A DNA stretch of 64,000 nucleotides from Raillietiella orientalis (Eukaryota): positions 2,232,001-2,296,000 of the forward strand of contig JAYWIR010000025.1 of NCBI GenBank assembly GCA_036172245.1, given 5' to 3'. Under the pieces are notes generated by a model. It had not been told where the DNA came from and did not search any database. It was given only the letters and a program-made list of their open reading frames with translations. Below are positions 49,851 to 62,559 of the stretch, piece after piece. The position numbers were made by a program, and so were the translations under genes. The first letter of the stretch is position 1, and the number at the start of each line of letters is the position of its first letter.

Positions 49851-52800
49851 TGCTGCGGAGAGACAGTGTGCTCCGTTCCCGTTACCGCGAGCTTCGAGAT
49901 GGCGAGACGAGAGTAGAGACCAAGGGAGGCGGGCGACGACGTTCTTTCGAGGAACGCGATGTCAGGGAAGCGACGGCTATCGCAGCGGAGGATCCGAATT
50001 TCATCTTTCGGTTTTTGTCCATCCGGCGGTTCGCTCTGCCCGGCAAGGAACACACCCGCGTTCCCGAAATCCGGCAAGGGTGAGCGTTCCAGAATCCAAT
50101 TTCGTTAACGCAGGGACACTGCTCGAGAGTTTTTCGTCAGATCACAATAGGATAACTTGGTGCAGTTCTTGTGATCAGCGAGTCAGGCATCACTCATGGG
50201 GGAGAAAAGGGGGAGGGGAAGGATAACCCCCATTTCACTAAACATCAACTCACAGAGGTCTCCTTCACCTAGGGTTCCTCTTTGTGCTATTTACTTGATG
50301 TAAGCGAAATCGAGCCTCTTCCCTGGAAATCTAATGATGTCACCCTAATAGGTCGTGGATCACTGGGTGCAGTCGATGATCCATGACCTATTGATGTGAA
50401 TGGTCCCCTAAGAGCTCTGCGAGATGATCAGATGGAGAATCCAAAATACGAAAGCCAGCATGGATCGAGCGAGTCCTTCAGCATCCCAGATCTTCCATCT
50501 CCACAGAGCGCTCCACGGCTGGTTTCGGTCCGTTTCGGCGTGTCTCCAGGAAACCGGGTCATGGCAGCCCACCCCAGTTTGTGAGGAGGATTCCGCGCTG
50601 GACCGCCCACAGCTGGCGAGGAAGGAGGTGCGCAGCGCCTCCTGCGAGCCAAGACCGCCCGTGAGAACGGTGGGGTCTAACTCAGACACCCGTTCTTGCG
50701 GCCAGCACGATGGCCCCGAGCGGAAGTGGCAAAGAGGAAGCGACCAGTGGACCCAGCTGTTCTTTCGGGTCGCCTGTGCTCCTCGCTGCAGCTTCCCCAT
50801 TCGGGTCTCCCGACGTCCTTCTCTCGATCTCCCTTTTTCTCAGCAGGACGCGAATAGCTCAGTCGGTCCCCGAACCAGGTCATGAACTTCTATCCACGCA
50901 GGCGCAGGAAACAGGCAAGAGGACCGTGGGCCGGCAGTGAGGATGATTTAGCTGCTGGAGCAGTCGGCAGCGAGGGGGTGGGGCGAGCTTTCTTTCCGAA
51001 CGGTTGGTGTCCTCGTCACGGCTTCCGGGACAGCAGGAAGCGAAAGCCGAAAAGGTGAAGGCCAGCGGCCGCAGGCGTGCAGAAGTACGCCGAGGCGAGG
51101 CGAGGCAACAGCGACGGCCCTGCGGACCTTCGGGCGGCAGCGCCGCGTCCGTCATCGACCCCGGACGGAACAGAGCCGGTCCCGCAAGGGCGTTTACCAG
51201 CAGCGCACGTAGTTGCCGGAAACTCCCTCCCCCCCTCCGGAAGACTGCGGACGAAGAGCGGGTGAGGGCAAACAACGAAGTTCGGACCTCGGGAGATGAA
51301 CACGCGTTGCTGCGGCTTCCGGGACGACGTGGCTGTGGGCTTCTTCCTGAAGGGCGTCCACCGCCTTGGAGGAAGGGAAAGCGAAAAAGCGCGCGAGTCG
51401 ACGCGGCGTTGCAGTCGAGATACCCGCCGAGTCGCCCGGGTCCTCGTCAAGCCGAACTCCCGCTGTTATCTGGACCTTTTCGCATGTCGGACCTCAGAAG
51501 CTGCTTCGGAAAAAGCGACGGGTCCAGGAAAGACCTTCTGGGAAAGGGAAAAAGGAAACACGAAATCGTAAGAATTTTTTTCCCATCGGGTCCAGGGTTG
51601 AAAAAAGAGTGTTTTGGAGAGAGGCACCGGGACGCGCGGATGGGTGGCCCTTGGAGACTCCGCTTCATCTCTGGATGGCGGGCGGCGCCGAACGCGCTGC
51701 TCTGCTCGGCAAAGTCCGAAGGGGACATCGCAAATGACAACGAGACGAAGACGACGATGACGATGATGATGAGGTGATGATTGTTGACCTGCTGGTATCC
51801 CAGGAAAGGGCCATAGCTGACTCGGAGTGCAGACCTCGGGCAACCCTTGCGGCCCGTTCTGCTGCGTCCTCGGCCACGAGAGGGGGAGGTCGAAACCGAA
51901 TGAAAGCAGGCGGAGGGAACACTCAAGGATCCCAGGCAGGGGACCCGGGGACCCCGCACAAGACTCTGAGGATCGCGCCGACCGGAGGGCGGGGAGGGGT
52001 GGGAAGGACCGACTTCGATCCTAAGGTGAGGGGGCGTGTCTCGGAGGGCACGAAACCAAATCCGGACGCCGAGTCAGTTGGGCGGCCGATGATGGCCAAG
52101 TTGGGATGGATGCAGGTTGTCTTCGCGATTGTCTGCCAAGGACGTTCGCGGCGGTACTTGGAGAGACACTCGCTCTGGGCTAACCCTCAGGAAGAAAATG
52201 CGACACGGGAATTCGGCTCCCAAAATCCACGAGGCGGCCGGAGAATAACGTCTCCTGGCAAGATCGATCTTCGGTGCGCGGTCCATTACCCCGGGGATGC
52301 ACAGGGATTGAGATCTTTTCTCGCAGCGGACGATCCGGCCGTGAGTGATCTGCGGAGCGCGCCGCCGCGACCGGAAGACCGGGTGGCTCCAGGCATGGGC
52401 GAGCAAACCAGTTCTCAGGGACCGGCGGGAAGCATGGTATGGGCGCCCCAAAGAAACACTCCAGGGGGCAAAAAAAAAAAAGGTGTCCTGAAGGCACAGA
52501 GAAAAGACTGATACGTTTTTCGCGCAGGAGAGAGACCTCTCCATGACAACGGCCGGTCGGAGCAGTAGACTGCAAATCTTCACCGTGCATCTTGCGGCGG
52601 AGTTTCTTTCTCCCATTGGTTGTGGGGCGAGCCGCCTCGCACCCCCGCGAGCTCCGCGCGCTCAGTTCGATGGCATCACAAGAACCAGTGTCCATCGGGG
52701 AGGGAGACCCGTAAGGGCACTGGGAGCCGGAAACCAGCCGCGGGCGGAGCCATCGCGGAGGAAACGGCGCTCATCCCCACGCCGCCGCCTCTTTTCTGTT

Positions 52801-53059
52801 CCGCTTCGGTTGCCGCGATCCTTCTTCTTCTGAATTCCCTCTCTTTCCTTTCTGTTCGGGCTTCCCGAGAGAAGGGAGCAGCAGTAGACTGACTTCTGCG
52901 GGAACTCATTCGAAGAGCGGCAGCGGGCTCGCGGTTTCAGACGGGAAAGATGAGGCTTCCTGCTCCAGGAAGACGACTCGCCGTGTCAGAAACAGGGAAG
53001 GGAGTCTCCCGGCACGGCGACAGCTCTCCGCTCTCGGCACGGGAAAAAGAAAAAAAAAC

Positions 53060-53370
53060 TCTTCTTCCTCGCCGATGAGAGAGGCGTGGCGTGGCGATTG
53101 GAGCCGTCCATCCTCTGCCTCCTGATGGGATCCTCCTGTTGGCAGAGCGAATCGAAAGCGGAGGAATCTCAGGGGAGATTCGACAAGCCTGTGGGGTTGC
53201 ATCTTCCGACCATGCCGCCCCCTCCCTGCTAGAGGTGCGTTCGTGGAGGGGCGGGAAGGGGAGGGAGAGGAGCAGAAAAGAGGCGCTCGAATAGCTCCGG
53301 AAACCTCAGACAAAAGTCTGATGAGGACCTTAGTCTGAGATACAAGGCCACTGCTCGGACCAGTGGACGC
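53060..53370 (+). pseudogene. Decayed M12B metalloprotease fragment
   Basis: RGVAIGAV; RIESGGISGEIRQACGVA (IEDTGGFSGII.AAHEVG) at ~53148-53200. Confidence 0.5.
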
Positions 53371-53409
53371 TCTGAACGCCAAGACCGGCAGCAGCAGCAG
53401 AAGCAGGTG

Positions 53410-53522
53410 GAGGAGGAGGAGGAAGAGGGAAGTTGAGAAGAGAAGAGGAGGGAGGGAGAGAAAAGAGGAGAAGGAGGAGGAGGAAAATAGGAAAGGGAGG
53501 GGGAGGGATAGGAGGAAGAAGA
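53410..53522. repeat. Polypurine (GA-rich) tract
   Basis: About 110 bp almost entirely G/A. Confidence 0.8.
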
Positions 53523-55349
53523 GTATCATACGAAAGGAGGATGTGATCCGCACGAGGGAGCTCCATGTGCCTGCAGAAGAAGGCAGCGGATTCCGCCGCC
53601 TGCGCGTCGACGCCGCTGCGGTGCGCCGCATGCCCGCGCGCACGCACCGAGGGGGGGAGGGACTGCGCCATCTCACTTTCGTCGCCGCTTGGATCCGCCT
53701 TCCGCGACCCCGCGCGGTAGCGACATGCGGATCCTGGTAGGATCGTAGCGGGTGTTTCTTCCATCCTCTCCCTGGAGACCCACCCCTCCCCCATCGGGCC
53801 GGGGAGGAGGGACGGAGGAGGCCAGGATACGGGGTGCGGGACAAGCGTGCGGCCGCGAGAGAAGCGGACCGCATCGTCCTCTTCCGGAACCGGAAACCCC
53901 TTTGGCGGGAACGACAGTCTCGATGAAAAATTGGGGGAGCCGATCATAACGGGAAGATTGATCGAAAGCCTCCGATCAAACCCTGGGGCTGCGCATCTCG
54001 GGAGAGCGCGACATGCGTCCTAGGCGGCTGGGGGCGGCGCCTTTTGTCTCTCTGAGCCTCCCTCTCCTTCCCCCACGTTCCCGGGGCTGGGAAAATCCTG
54101 CCCGGCCCCGGCTTACCACGCTCTCTGGGAGGACGGCGTCACTCGCGCAGCGGAGGGGGACTGCGGCCCCTACCTTTGAGGGGGAGCCTCCCACGTACCT
54201 CTGGCTGGCCGGAGACCCCCTTTCGATGTTTCGGGAAGTCCTGTAGAGGTTCTAGGGTGCGCCTGGAGGCTATCTTTGCCCCTAGAGGGGGGCCTTCCCG
54301 CACTCTGACCAGGGACGAGGAGGACGTTCGGGATCGTTCGTCCTCCCGGATGCGGAGGGCTTGGCAAGGGAACCACCGCCGGAGGGGGAAGGGAGGAAGG
54401 AGTTCCTTCCGTTTTCCTCCTCCTCCTTCTCCCTCCCTTCCCCTTCGCGAGAGCAGGGAGCGTCCCCGCCATCCTGGGAACGAAGCGCACTCGGTGTCCC
54501 TGCAGGAGGGCGGGAGAGAGAAAGAATGGGGGGTCCGACAGGGGAAGCACTTTTTCCTCAGCAGCTCTCGGAACGTCTGGCGCAAACTCAGTAGCTCGAA
54601 GCTCTCCGAGGGCTTTCGAACTCCTCAAGAAGATGAGCGGATTCTCGTCCGCGAACTCCGCCCATCTCCGCTTTGGCTCTCCAATTTGAAATGCGCGGAA
54701 GGTTTAGGGGACGCGTTGGGGGAGTCAGCGGGAAGAGAAGAAAGCAGATGCTACGGAAAAATTCTCCGCTGTCATCCTCCCAAGTCCCGTGCCCCGTGCA
54801 CACTCTCCGCGTTCCTCTCATCTTCCAGAGACGCTGCTGCTGCCGCTTCGACGATCCGAACGGTCTGGGATGCCTCCCTGGCCCCACCGGAGCCCCCACC
54901 GCACCTTGCACAAGGCCGGAAGAGGTCCGAGTCGCCGGGGCTTCTCGTCGCTCCGGCCAGACCCTCGCAGCTCCACTTTCCCATCCCGTCCTCGGACTTG
55001 CCACTCCTGCGCGTTCCAGCCCCAGAGAGCGTCCTGCCAGTTTGCAGCGGCGCTAGGGACGGGGGCGATCGCCAGGCACGATCCTCCCGACTTCCGGTGC
55101 AGTGGGATTTCATTCCCGAGGGCGGAACTCGGTCGATGGCAGGGTGGCGATCGCACGCACGCATCACACGCATGCGCACAGATTAGCCCAGGCAGATAGG
55201 CCGATAAAACGCCCAAATATGTGTCGTGGCTCGTGCAGACATGCATGAATAATGGCTACCTAATATAAAAAGAGATTAGAGTGGACAGATAGGCTCGACA
55301 AACAGACAGTTAAAGGGTATGGATGATTATCACCCGGTTATGCCGGGGC

Positions 55350-55770
55350 ATTTATTACGGAAAGTAATAAAAACACATTGATGCGGTGGGATCGTTGTTT
55401 CTACCACGTGCTTGGAACCTGCGGAAGACCGGTGTGCAGACCAGAGGGATCCTCTTGGGTAGCGTGGGGAAGAGAAACGAAAATAGGAAATATGCTGAAA
55501 TATACTGCCTGGAGTGCTCTGCATCCTGTTCGGGATGCTGCTGGCAAGTTCCGTCCGTGTGTCACCAAGGTGGGGCTACCGCGAGGTGGTCCTCGGGAAG
55601 ACCCAGTGAATGGCGTCCCTGTTATTTTGGTCGTCTTCTGGCATTCCGAACAGCAGGAGGAACATATCCAGAGTGCCATGGTCAAGCGGGGACAACCAGG
55701 AGGGAACTGCGATGGACGCGGCTGGAGGCATTGCAGCACCATGCACGAAGAGGCGTTTGTAGAATGCCCC
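55350..55770 (+). pseudogene. Decayed M12B/ADAMTS-like copy (C-terminal half)
   Basis: GGIVVS/HVLG (SGIIVA..HLLG); VCRPEG; AWSA; PCV; VVLGK; DAAG..PC; GVC. Confidence 0.45.
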
Positions 55771-56254
55771 TGGGGCCTCTTGCCGAGGATCCTAGGATCG
55801 TCGCGAGGCGATCATAAAGGGTCCAACAGCAGGTGAGAGGGTTTCCATAGTCTACAAGTTAGTGGGGTGGAACACTCGGGATCGCAGCATCCGCCGCTTT
55901 CCGAGTTGCCCACCCGCTCCTAGGAGTTTCTTCGCTTCCATGCAGCACGTCACTTCCCACCTTGCCGGGATTGCGCTGTCCCTTGCGTCCCTTAGGGAGG
56001 ACAGCACTGCGTAGAGGGGGGGAAAGGATATGGGTGATGGAAAAATTTTGGGATTCTTCTGTTTTTGCCGCTTTCCTTCCAGCTTTTTTTTCGGTTTGCC
56101 AAGTGCTGAAGAACCGTCTGCCTCCTTACGGTGGGCCCGGGAAGCTCTTCAGCGTTGTCGACGTCATCCGAGCGTGCGTGACTCTTCAAGTCATAGGGAG
56201 TAGCGCCGTAGGGAACACCCTCTGAATCCGGGAAGGTTCCTGAGGAAGGAGCCT

Positions 56255-56835
56255 GTTCCCCATACTATTGGCAGGGAACCCTCGCCCTTGTTGTCTCCAA
56301 AGGGAACCACCTCTTCCTTGTTCTCTCTGGAGGGACTCCCGGTTTGTAGGGACCTCTCCTTGTCTCTTCTCCGAAGGGAACCTGGAAAGAGTCCTCTCCC
56401 TGTTTCCTCCTCAGGAGCAAATCCTGAATGGATGCGCCCCAATTTCTCTGAAGGGTCGCTCCCCGGAGGTAGCAGCGCACCTTTCTGGCATTCCGGAGAG
56501 GTAACCCCCTGAGGGGGGTTTCAACCGGCTGCATGGTACGGATCCATTTTCACAGCCGGAGGGGAATTCTGAAGGCTTCCTTCATTCCTAAGAGGAACTC
56601 GGAAGGTCAACTTCCAATACCGGCCAGTAGACACGGGCATCCGGTTTCCGCGGATGCCCGCGCACTCGAGGCCTACAAGGTCAGACGGCGTCAACCAGCG
56701 GGGGGGAGGGAGGAATCGAAACCCACGACGCATTTCCCATTTCTCTGGAAGTCGATTCTACCCCCCGGGAGGGATTCGAACCTGCTACTCCCGGTGCCAC
56801 GCGCGCGGCAGCTACGAGGCCGCCATCACGGGCCT
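56255..56835 (-). mobile_element. tRNA-headed SINE-like element, copy 2
   Basis: B-box GGTTCGAATCCC (reverse complement of 56771-56782). Shares blocks such as aagttgaccttccg, aggaatgaaggaa, cgacccttc.gagaaat and ggttccctgccaa with 39505-40125. Confidence 0.7.
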
Positions 56836-57249
56836 TTGGGTTAAAATCAAAGTGTATAGGACAGAGGACATTAGTTAGTTATTAAGGATGTTTGCGATTC
56901 ATATACACATGCAGGTGGGCTTCAGTCAAACCTTTCCATGTGAATGTCGGGCCAATGTGTACACATAAATGTGCATACTTAAATGTACACACAGCATCGA
57001 ACTGCTCATCTATCGAGCACATACTCTTGTACACGAATTAAAGATATCCATCGATCGAATCGAATCTCTCCGTACTGGATTGCTAAAACGGGCATTGATA
57101 AGGTACGAGCCTGCGTAATTCACGGTACATATTTAGTGTCTTGTACATATCCAGGTATAATCTATCCACGCATGTACGATGTGTGATGTGTACATCAGCC
57201 AAGCATTCACAAGGGCAGGCATCAACAGGGAACCCCTGTTTAGAAGTCC

Positions 57250-57760
57250 CGCTTTGCGGCATCACCGTCAGGTGCGCCGCGCTTCGCCCCTCGCGTGAGG
57301 TGGACCGGGGAATTCCATACCCGGCGGGGAGCCAACGAATCGGCTGCAGCAGCCACCACGGCTCGGCCCGCGCGTTCCCTCGTGTGCCGCAGGTCCTCTC
57401 CGCCTTCTCGAAGGTCAGAGTTCGCTCCGGGACGAGGTCTTCGCGGGTGCCATCCGTTCGTCTCCCAAGGAGAGGCAGTCAGCACCGGAGAAGGGGATCG
57501 GGTCGAGCGGCAGCAGGACGTACTCGCTGGGGTCTCTCGAGAGGTCACGCCGGTGCTGACCGGGTTGAACTGCGCGTTCGTCGAGCCGAGCCTAGCTCGA
57601 GCCGCCCGCAGGTGGCGCGCGCGCACTCCCCCCCCCCTCATCGACGCGCACTTCACCAGAGCTCCCTCTCCCGGCCGTTCCCGAACGCCTGCCTCCCTCA
57701 ATCTGATAAAAGCCCTGGCATCCTGGAGTCTCTCTGCGGATTTTCGAGCCGATCCCACTA
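57250..57760 (-). pseudogene. Possible decayed M12B metalloprotease copy
   Basis: FLDLV..RLQDARAFIRL; QFNPVSTGVT; GEDL....GRAVVAA. Confidence 0.3.
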
Positions 57761-58149
57761 AATCAAGGAATTTGCTGCTTCCCCCCCCTTTTGAAAACGC
57801 TGAAAGCAAGGCGGGATAACTCGATTTTCATGCGCCGCCTCGTTCCTTGAGGATGGAGGCACCACCGCCGGATCCGGGCTGGCGCTTGCTGCTCCCCTGG
57901 GGGCGAAAGGGGCGAGCGAACAGGGTCGAGGAGACTCCCCGCTTCCCTCCTGAATCTTTGCGAAGAGAGGTGCGAACTCCAGGCTTCGCTTCTCCGGACC
58001 TGTTCTTCTCTTTTTTTCTTTTTCCTTTTGTTGTTGTTGCTGCTGCTGCTGCTGCTGCTTCTCGGGTGCAGCGGCCCTCGCACGCCTGATGAAGCTGGGC
58101 GCAACCTGCTGCTGTCGGAAGATGACTTTTACGACGTTCCCGCGAGATT

Positions 58150-58900
58150 TATCTGAGGAAACGCGCGGATGAACAGCGGCGCAATCGAAAGTTGGAGGAG
58201 GGATGAGGCGGCCTCCGGCAGGTGACGACCGCTCGCGGCTTCATCCACCGCGTCATGGAAAGGTCGTCGTTTCGGCACGTCAGGTCTCCGCCTACGGGGC
58301 TTTCCACGCGTCTCCTGCCTCCTCGAGCCGCCGCTGCCGCTGCCCGTGCACCGTCGTCGTCCGCAGGCATCTCTTCGGCCCTTCAACAGGAGGAGGTCCG
58401 ACCTGGGGGGAAGCGGCTTCGAAGCGGGACCGCCGGAGGGAGGGAAGGACGAGCCGGTTGCGAGCACATGCGCGATAACGCGCCTTGCATCTGCGACCGA
58501 CCGGAATCCACCTCGGGGGAAGCCCCCCGCCGCCATTCCTCCTCGAACCCTCGAGGGCAGGTCGACAGATACCGAGGAGGGTCGGGAAGCGGCAAGACCT
58601 CCCTCCCTCCTCCTCTTCCTGGGAGATGCACGGGGAGCACGGATTGGGGCTCCGACACGCGCCTCCTCGCCCCGTGTGCTCCCCGAGGCGGTGCGGCGCC
58701 GGGATCGGCCCGCGAAGCAGGAGGAGGAGCTGCCCCGGTGGGGCAGGCGGCCCGCTGCAGGACCACTCGGGGAGGAGAGCGCCTACGTTGCGAGGTCCGG
58801 AGCGCACCCAGTTTCGGCCTGGCGAAGACGGCGAGAGTCCTTGGCTGACGAATCTAACTGGACCGCGTACCAGGTCGATCCGGGCTCTGGCGGACTGACC
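58150..58900 (-). pseudogene. Possible decayed M12B metalloprotease copy
   Basis: RIDLVRGPVRFVSQG; RVIAHVLA (VAAHE.G); AASSLL. Confidence 0.35.
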
Positions 58901-61900
58901 CTTTTCCTGCCTGCGGGGCGGGCCACCGGATGTCCGAGGAGATGGTACGCGAGAACTGCTCATTTTTTTTTTCTTTTTTGCCGGGAGCAGCGGCGGCAGA
59001 ACCGGCAGCAGAGAGACGCGTGGGAGAGGGGGAGGAGCAGACGAGATGTTCCCTTCCCCAGGAGGATGCAAGGAGCATCCCTCACGCTTGGAGGAGAATC
59101 GAGGATGCTCCTGCTGGAAGATGCGAAAAGGGCCGCTTCCGCAAGCGTGGTGCGCTTACCCAGCTCGCAAGTGGCGCCCGCGGACGCCGGCGGCGGAGAT
59201 CGGAACGACTCGCGAACCGGCAGCCGTTCATAGATCGACGCCGAGCAGGCGACATGCGGGGCGCGCCGAGCGCCCAGCCGCCGGGGGGCGAATCACTCCC
59301 TCCGTCGCGCGCGGCCGCGGTCAGGAAACAACCCCCCGTCCGCGACTTCGGGTTCGAAGTTGTCTCGGAAGAAACGCGCAAATTAACGGCGCGCGTCGGG
59401 CGTCGCGCGAAAGAGGGGGGGAGGCGACCTCACAGCGTGGCCCTCGCCGAGGAAACGGCGCGCGTGACCGCTAGGGCGCTGCCACCAGGTGGACATTCGG
59501 GGGGGAGGGGGATACTCGCGAATGACCTCCGTTCGGCGTCGGCCGTTTCGGCCTCCCGGCTGCGGAGACCCGCAACTCCCGGTCTGGGATCCGCTGCCAC
59601 CGCCGACAAAAGTCCCCCCTCGAGGTGCGCACCGAGAGGAGAGGGGAGCTGCTCCAGGCCCAAGAGACCGCGATGCTCGCGCGCGCGAGTGAGAGAGGGC
59701 GCTTCGCTCGTTCGCCGCCGCTACCGCCGCTGGCGACCCGCGCGGCACGACACTTGTGCCTCCTTCGCCAAGCAGGAGCGAAGGGGGGTATCGGGATGGG
59801 TCCCTCAGCACACAAAATTACGAAATGGAGCTTCCCTCTCCCGACTCGAAGGAAACGCCTGACTGAGTCCCTGACATATAGGTTGCTCTATCGGCAACGT
59901 GAACTCCTTTTCATTCTCCATTTTTCTCTTCCTCCTCCTCCTCTTCCTCTTCCTCCTCCCGCCTGCAGCTCTCTTCCCGATGCTGAAGCTGCGAAGAAAT
60001 GTCGAAAGAATTCGCTGAAGAAGAATCGATTCCTGGCGTCTCCTATCATAAAGCCGAATTGCCAGCTTTCCTCCCTGGTAGCGTCATCCGGCTGCCGATC
60101 CAATCACCTCCCTCATTCTGCGTGGTTTACCAGATCAAAAGCGGGACTAACGAATTTGATTGCTCGGGATGAAATACAATTTATAGGGGAGCAATAACGT
60201 TTGATATCATTTAGCGCGGAGGGGAATCCGGGAGGAGCGGCGAACGCAACCATAAAATTCGGGGGGAATCAACAGAAACGCGCGAATGAGCTCCCGGATC
60301 GTGAAAGTTACAGCGGCGGCGGCTGCGAGGATGCGTCCCGGAGACGTCACACGCGCGGGATGCGCGCGAAGATCCGCAGCTCCTACAAGCTTCCCCCCCC
60401 CTCCCCTCCCCTTTTTTCCTTTTTTTCGTTCCTTCTCGCTTCTCCCTCCCTTCCTTTCCTCCTCCCTCCTCCCTCCCCCAACCCCCCTCCCCTCCGCTTC
60501 CCTCGCCGCACTCTTGCGCACCTGCGCCTGCGGACCTCCGTGGCTCACCGCGTGCGCGCCTCGGCGCCGAGAACACGCGAAGAAGCAGAGCGGCGGCAGA
60601 ACCGAGCGAAATCCCTCCAGGACGCGCGGAGGACGCGCGTCCTGGAGGGATTTTGGGAAGGAGGGACTGCCTCGGGGGTGGACGAAGGTGGGAGGAGGAA
60701 GAAGAATCGAACCTTTTCCTCCCGCTGAGTACTTCTCGCCCGGATTGATTTATCGATCGTGTCCCTCTCGTCCCGCGTGCGCGACGCTTGGAGCGGCGCC
60801 TACCAGCGTCTTCCGCACCTGCCCATCCCTTCCTGAACCGCAGGCTCCTCCTGACCTGCGCCTTCTTCCCTGGAGGAAGGAGAAGGGGTCGATCTCCCGC
60901 CTCTTGAGACTCGGGGGAGCCCGAGGCAAAGCGCGGGCGTCTCCGGACGACCCAGGCGGCCGGGAGCGCCGCCCGCTCTCCGGGCAGCTCACGAGGGGAG
61001 TCGCGCCCAGGACCGCACGAAGGCTGCGTCCTCCGGGGGGAAAGGGACGCGCGCTGGCTCATCCCCTACTCAGCAACGAAGATTCCAGGCACTTCGAAGG
61101 ATCCATGTGGGGAGCCGTCCGAATGACCACCCGCTCATAGGGAAGCGCCCTTTACAGACAACAGCGACCAGTCGTGCGGGAAGGAGGGGGCGGAAGGAGT
61201 TTTCCCCAGCCGCTGCTGAAAGGCACGGAGCCCGTCCCGACCCTCCCCCTTGACTCCCTCTCGACGGAGGAGGCACAGGCGTAGCGCCGCACGGGGTCGC
61301 CGTCCAGCGACGGCGCCGGGAGGAAGGAAGACGTGCCGGCGGTTGCTGCCTTCTCCCTCACTCCCAGACTCGATGCCGCGTTCTCGCCCGGGGGGGGGAG
61401 GGGAACGACGCCGCTGGGGGGAGAAGCACCCTCTTGCGCGCATCGAGCGGTCGCGTGGGTCCGGAGCGATCCGAGAGCCCTCCCCTTTGCTTGGACGAGT
61501 GGGAGAGATGAAGCGGGAGGAGAAGGCCTTCGGTGGACTCGTTCCCGGGACGGAGTCCGCATCGCAGCGGAGGTTCCCTGGCCCCGCGAACACCAGGAGG
61601 GAGGCCATTGAAGGGACCTCGCGCCCCGGTGATGGGACGGGCACATCCGGAGGGAAATGGCCCCAGAGGACGGCACTTGACGGGGGTGCTTAGAGATGCG
61701 GCTGAGGCCGCCGTAGTCCCCCTCGGACCGCCATCTTGCTGGACCACCGAGGTCTCCCCTCAAGGCCGCCGTGCCTCGGAGAGGGGGAGAGGCGAGAAGT
61801 GCCCAAGGACAGTGGAAACCCAGCCGCACGTGTTCCTTGGAGTGTTTTAGGGGTCACAGCAGGGGTGGATGCCAGGTCGCTGCATTTCCGTAACGCCTCC

Positions 61901-62559
61901 CCGCGGGAAGTGTCTAAAGGAACGTCCCGCCCCTCCACGCTTTCCAGTCTCCCAGGGGGAGCGTCTCTCCTGTCACCTGCGAGCCACGGAGGCCTCCCGA
62001 AGTGGAGGAAGAGAGAGACCGTCCACCTCGGAGAGCTCCTTCCACCCCTTCCAGGCGACGGGCACTGAAATGGTCCAGCCTGGGGTGAGAGGCACAAGGA
62101 AACCCTCGGGAAATTGTGAGCAATCTGACACGATACCTTGACCCCTTCCGTTTCTCGCACGTCCGACGCAGGAGCCCTCATGAATCCTGCCGGCTGCCGC
62201 AGGAACGGCCCGTCATATTCTTCGATTATTCGGTCAACCATCTTCCCTACCTACCTACTCTCCCTACGCTTTCCCCTAGTTCTGTCCCCAGCGAGCAGAA
62301 TCCCTTGCGTTTCGGGCCGGCACTCGACAGCCCTTCTTTGACTGTATGTACTTTATTTATTCGTCTCCATAGGTGGTCCGGCAACCCCCGGTGAGAAGGT
62401 CGCATTGCCCCGGAACGAGCCTTTGAGCCACCCTGGGTAAATTCTTCCCGTGAGTCGGAGGGGACGCGCTTTCGCCGGGATTCCTGCGGGTCATCTGGAG
62501 GAGATATCTCTGCGTCCCCTGCGAGCGGAAGAGTCGCTCCGGAGACGCAGCCTTCCTTC

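Noticed and set aside
62130..62241. IIEEYDGPF..FMR..SDVRETEG as another protease copy on the minus strand
   Set aside because: Motif spacing is wrong and there is no supporting flanking motif.
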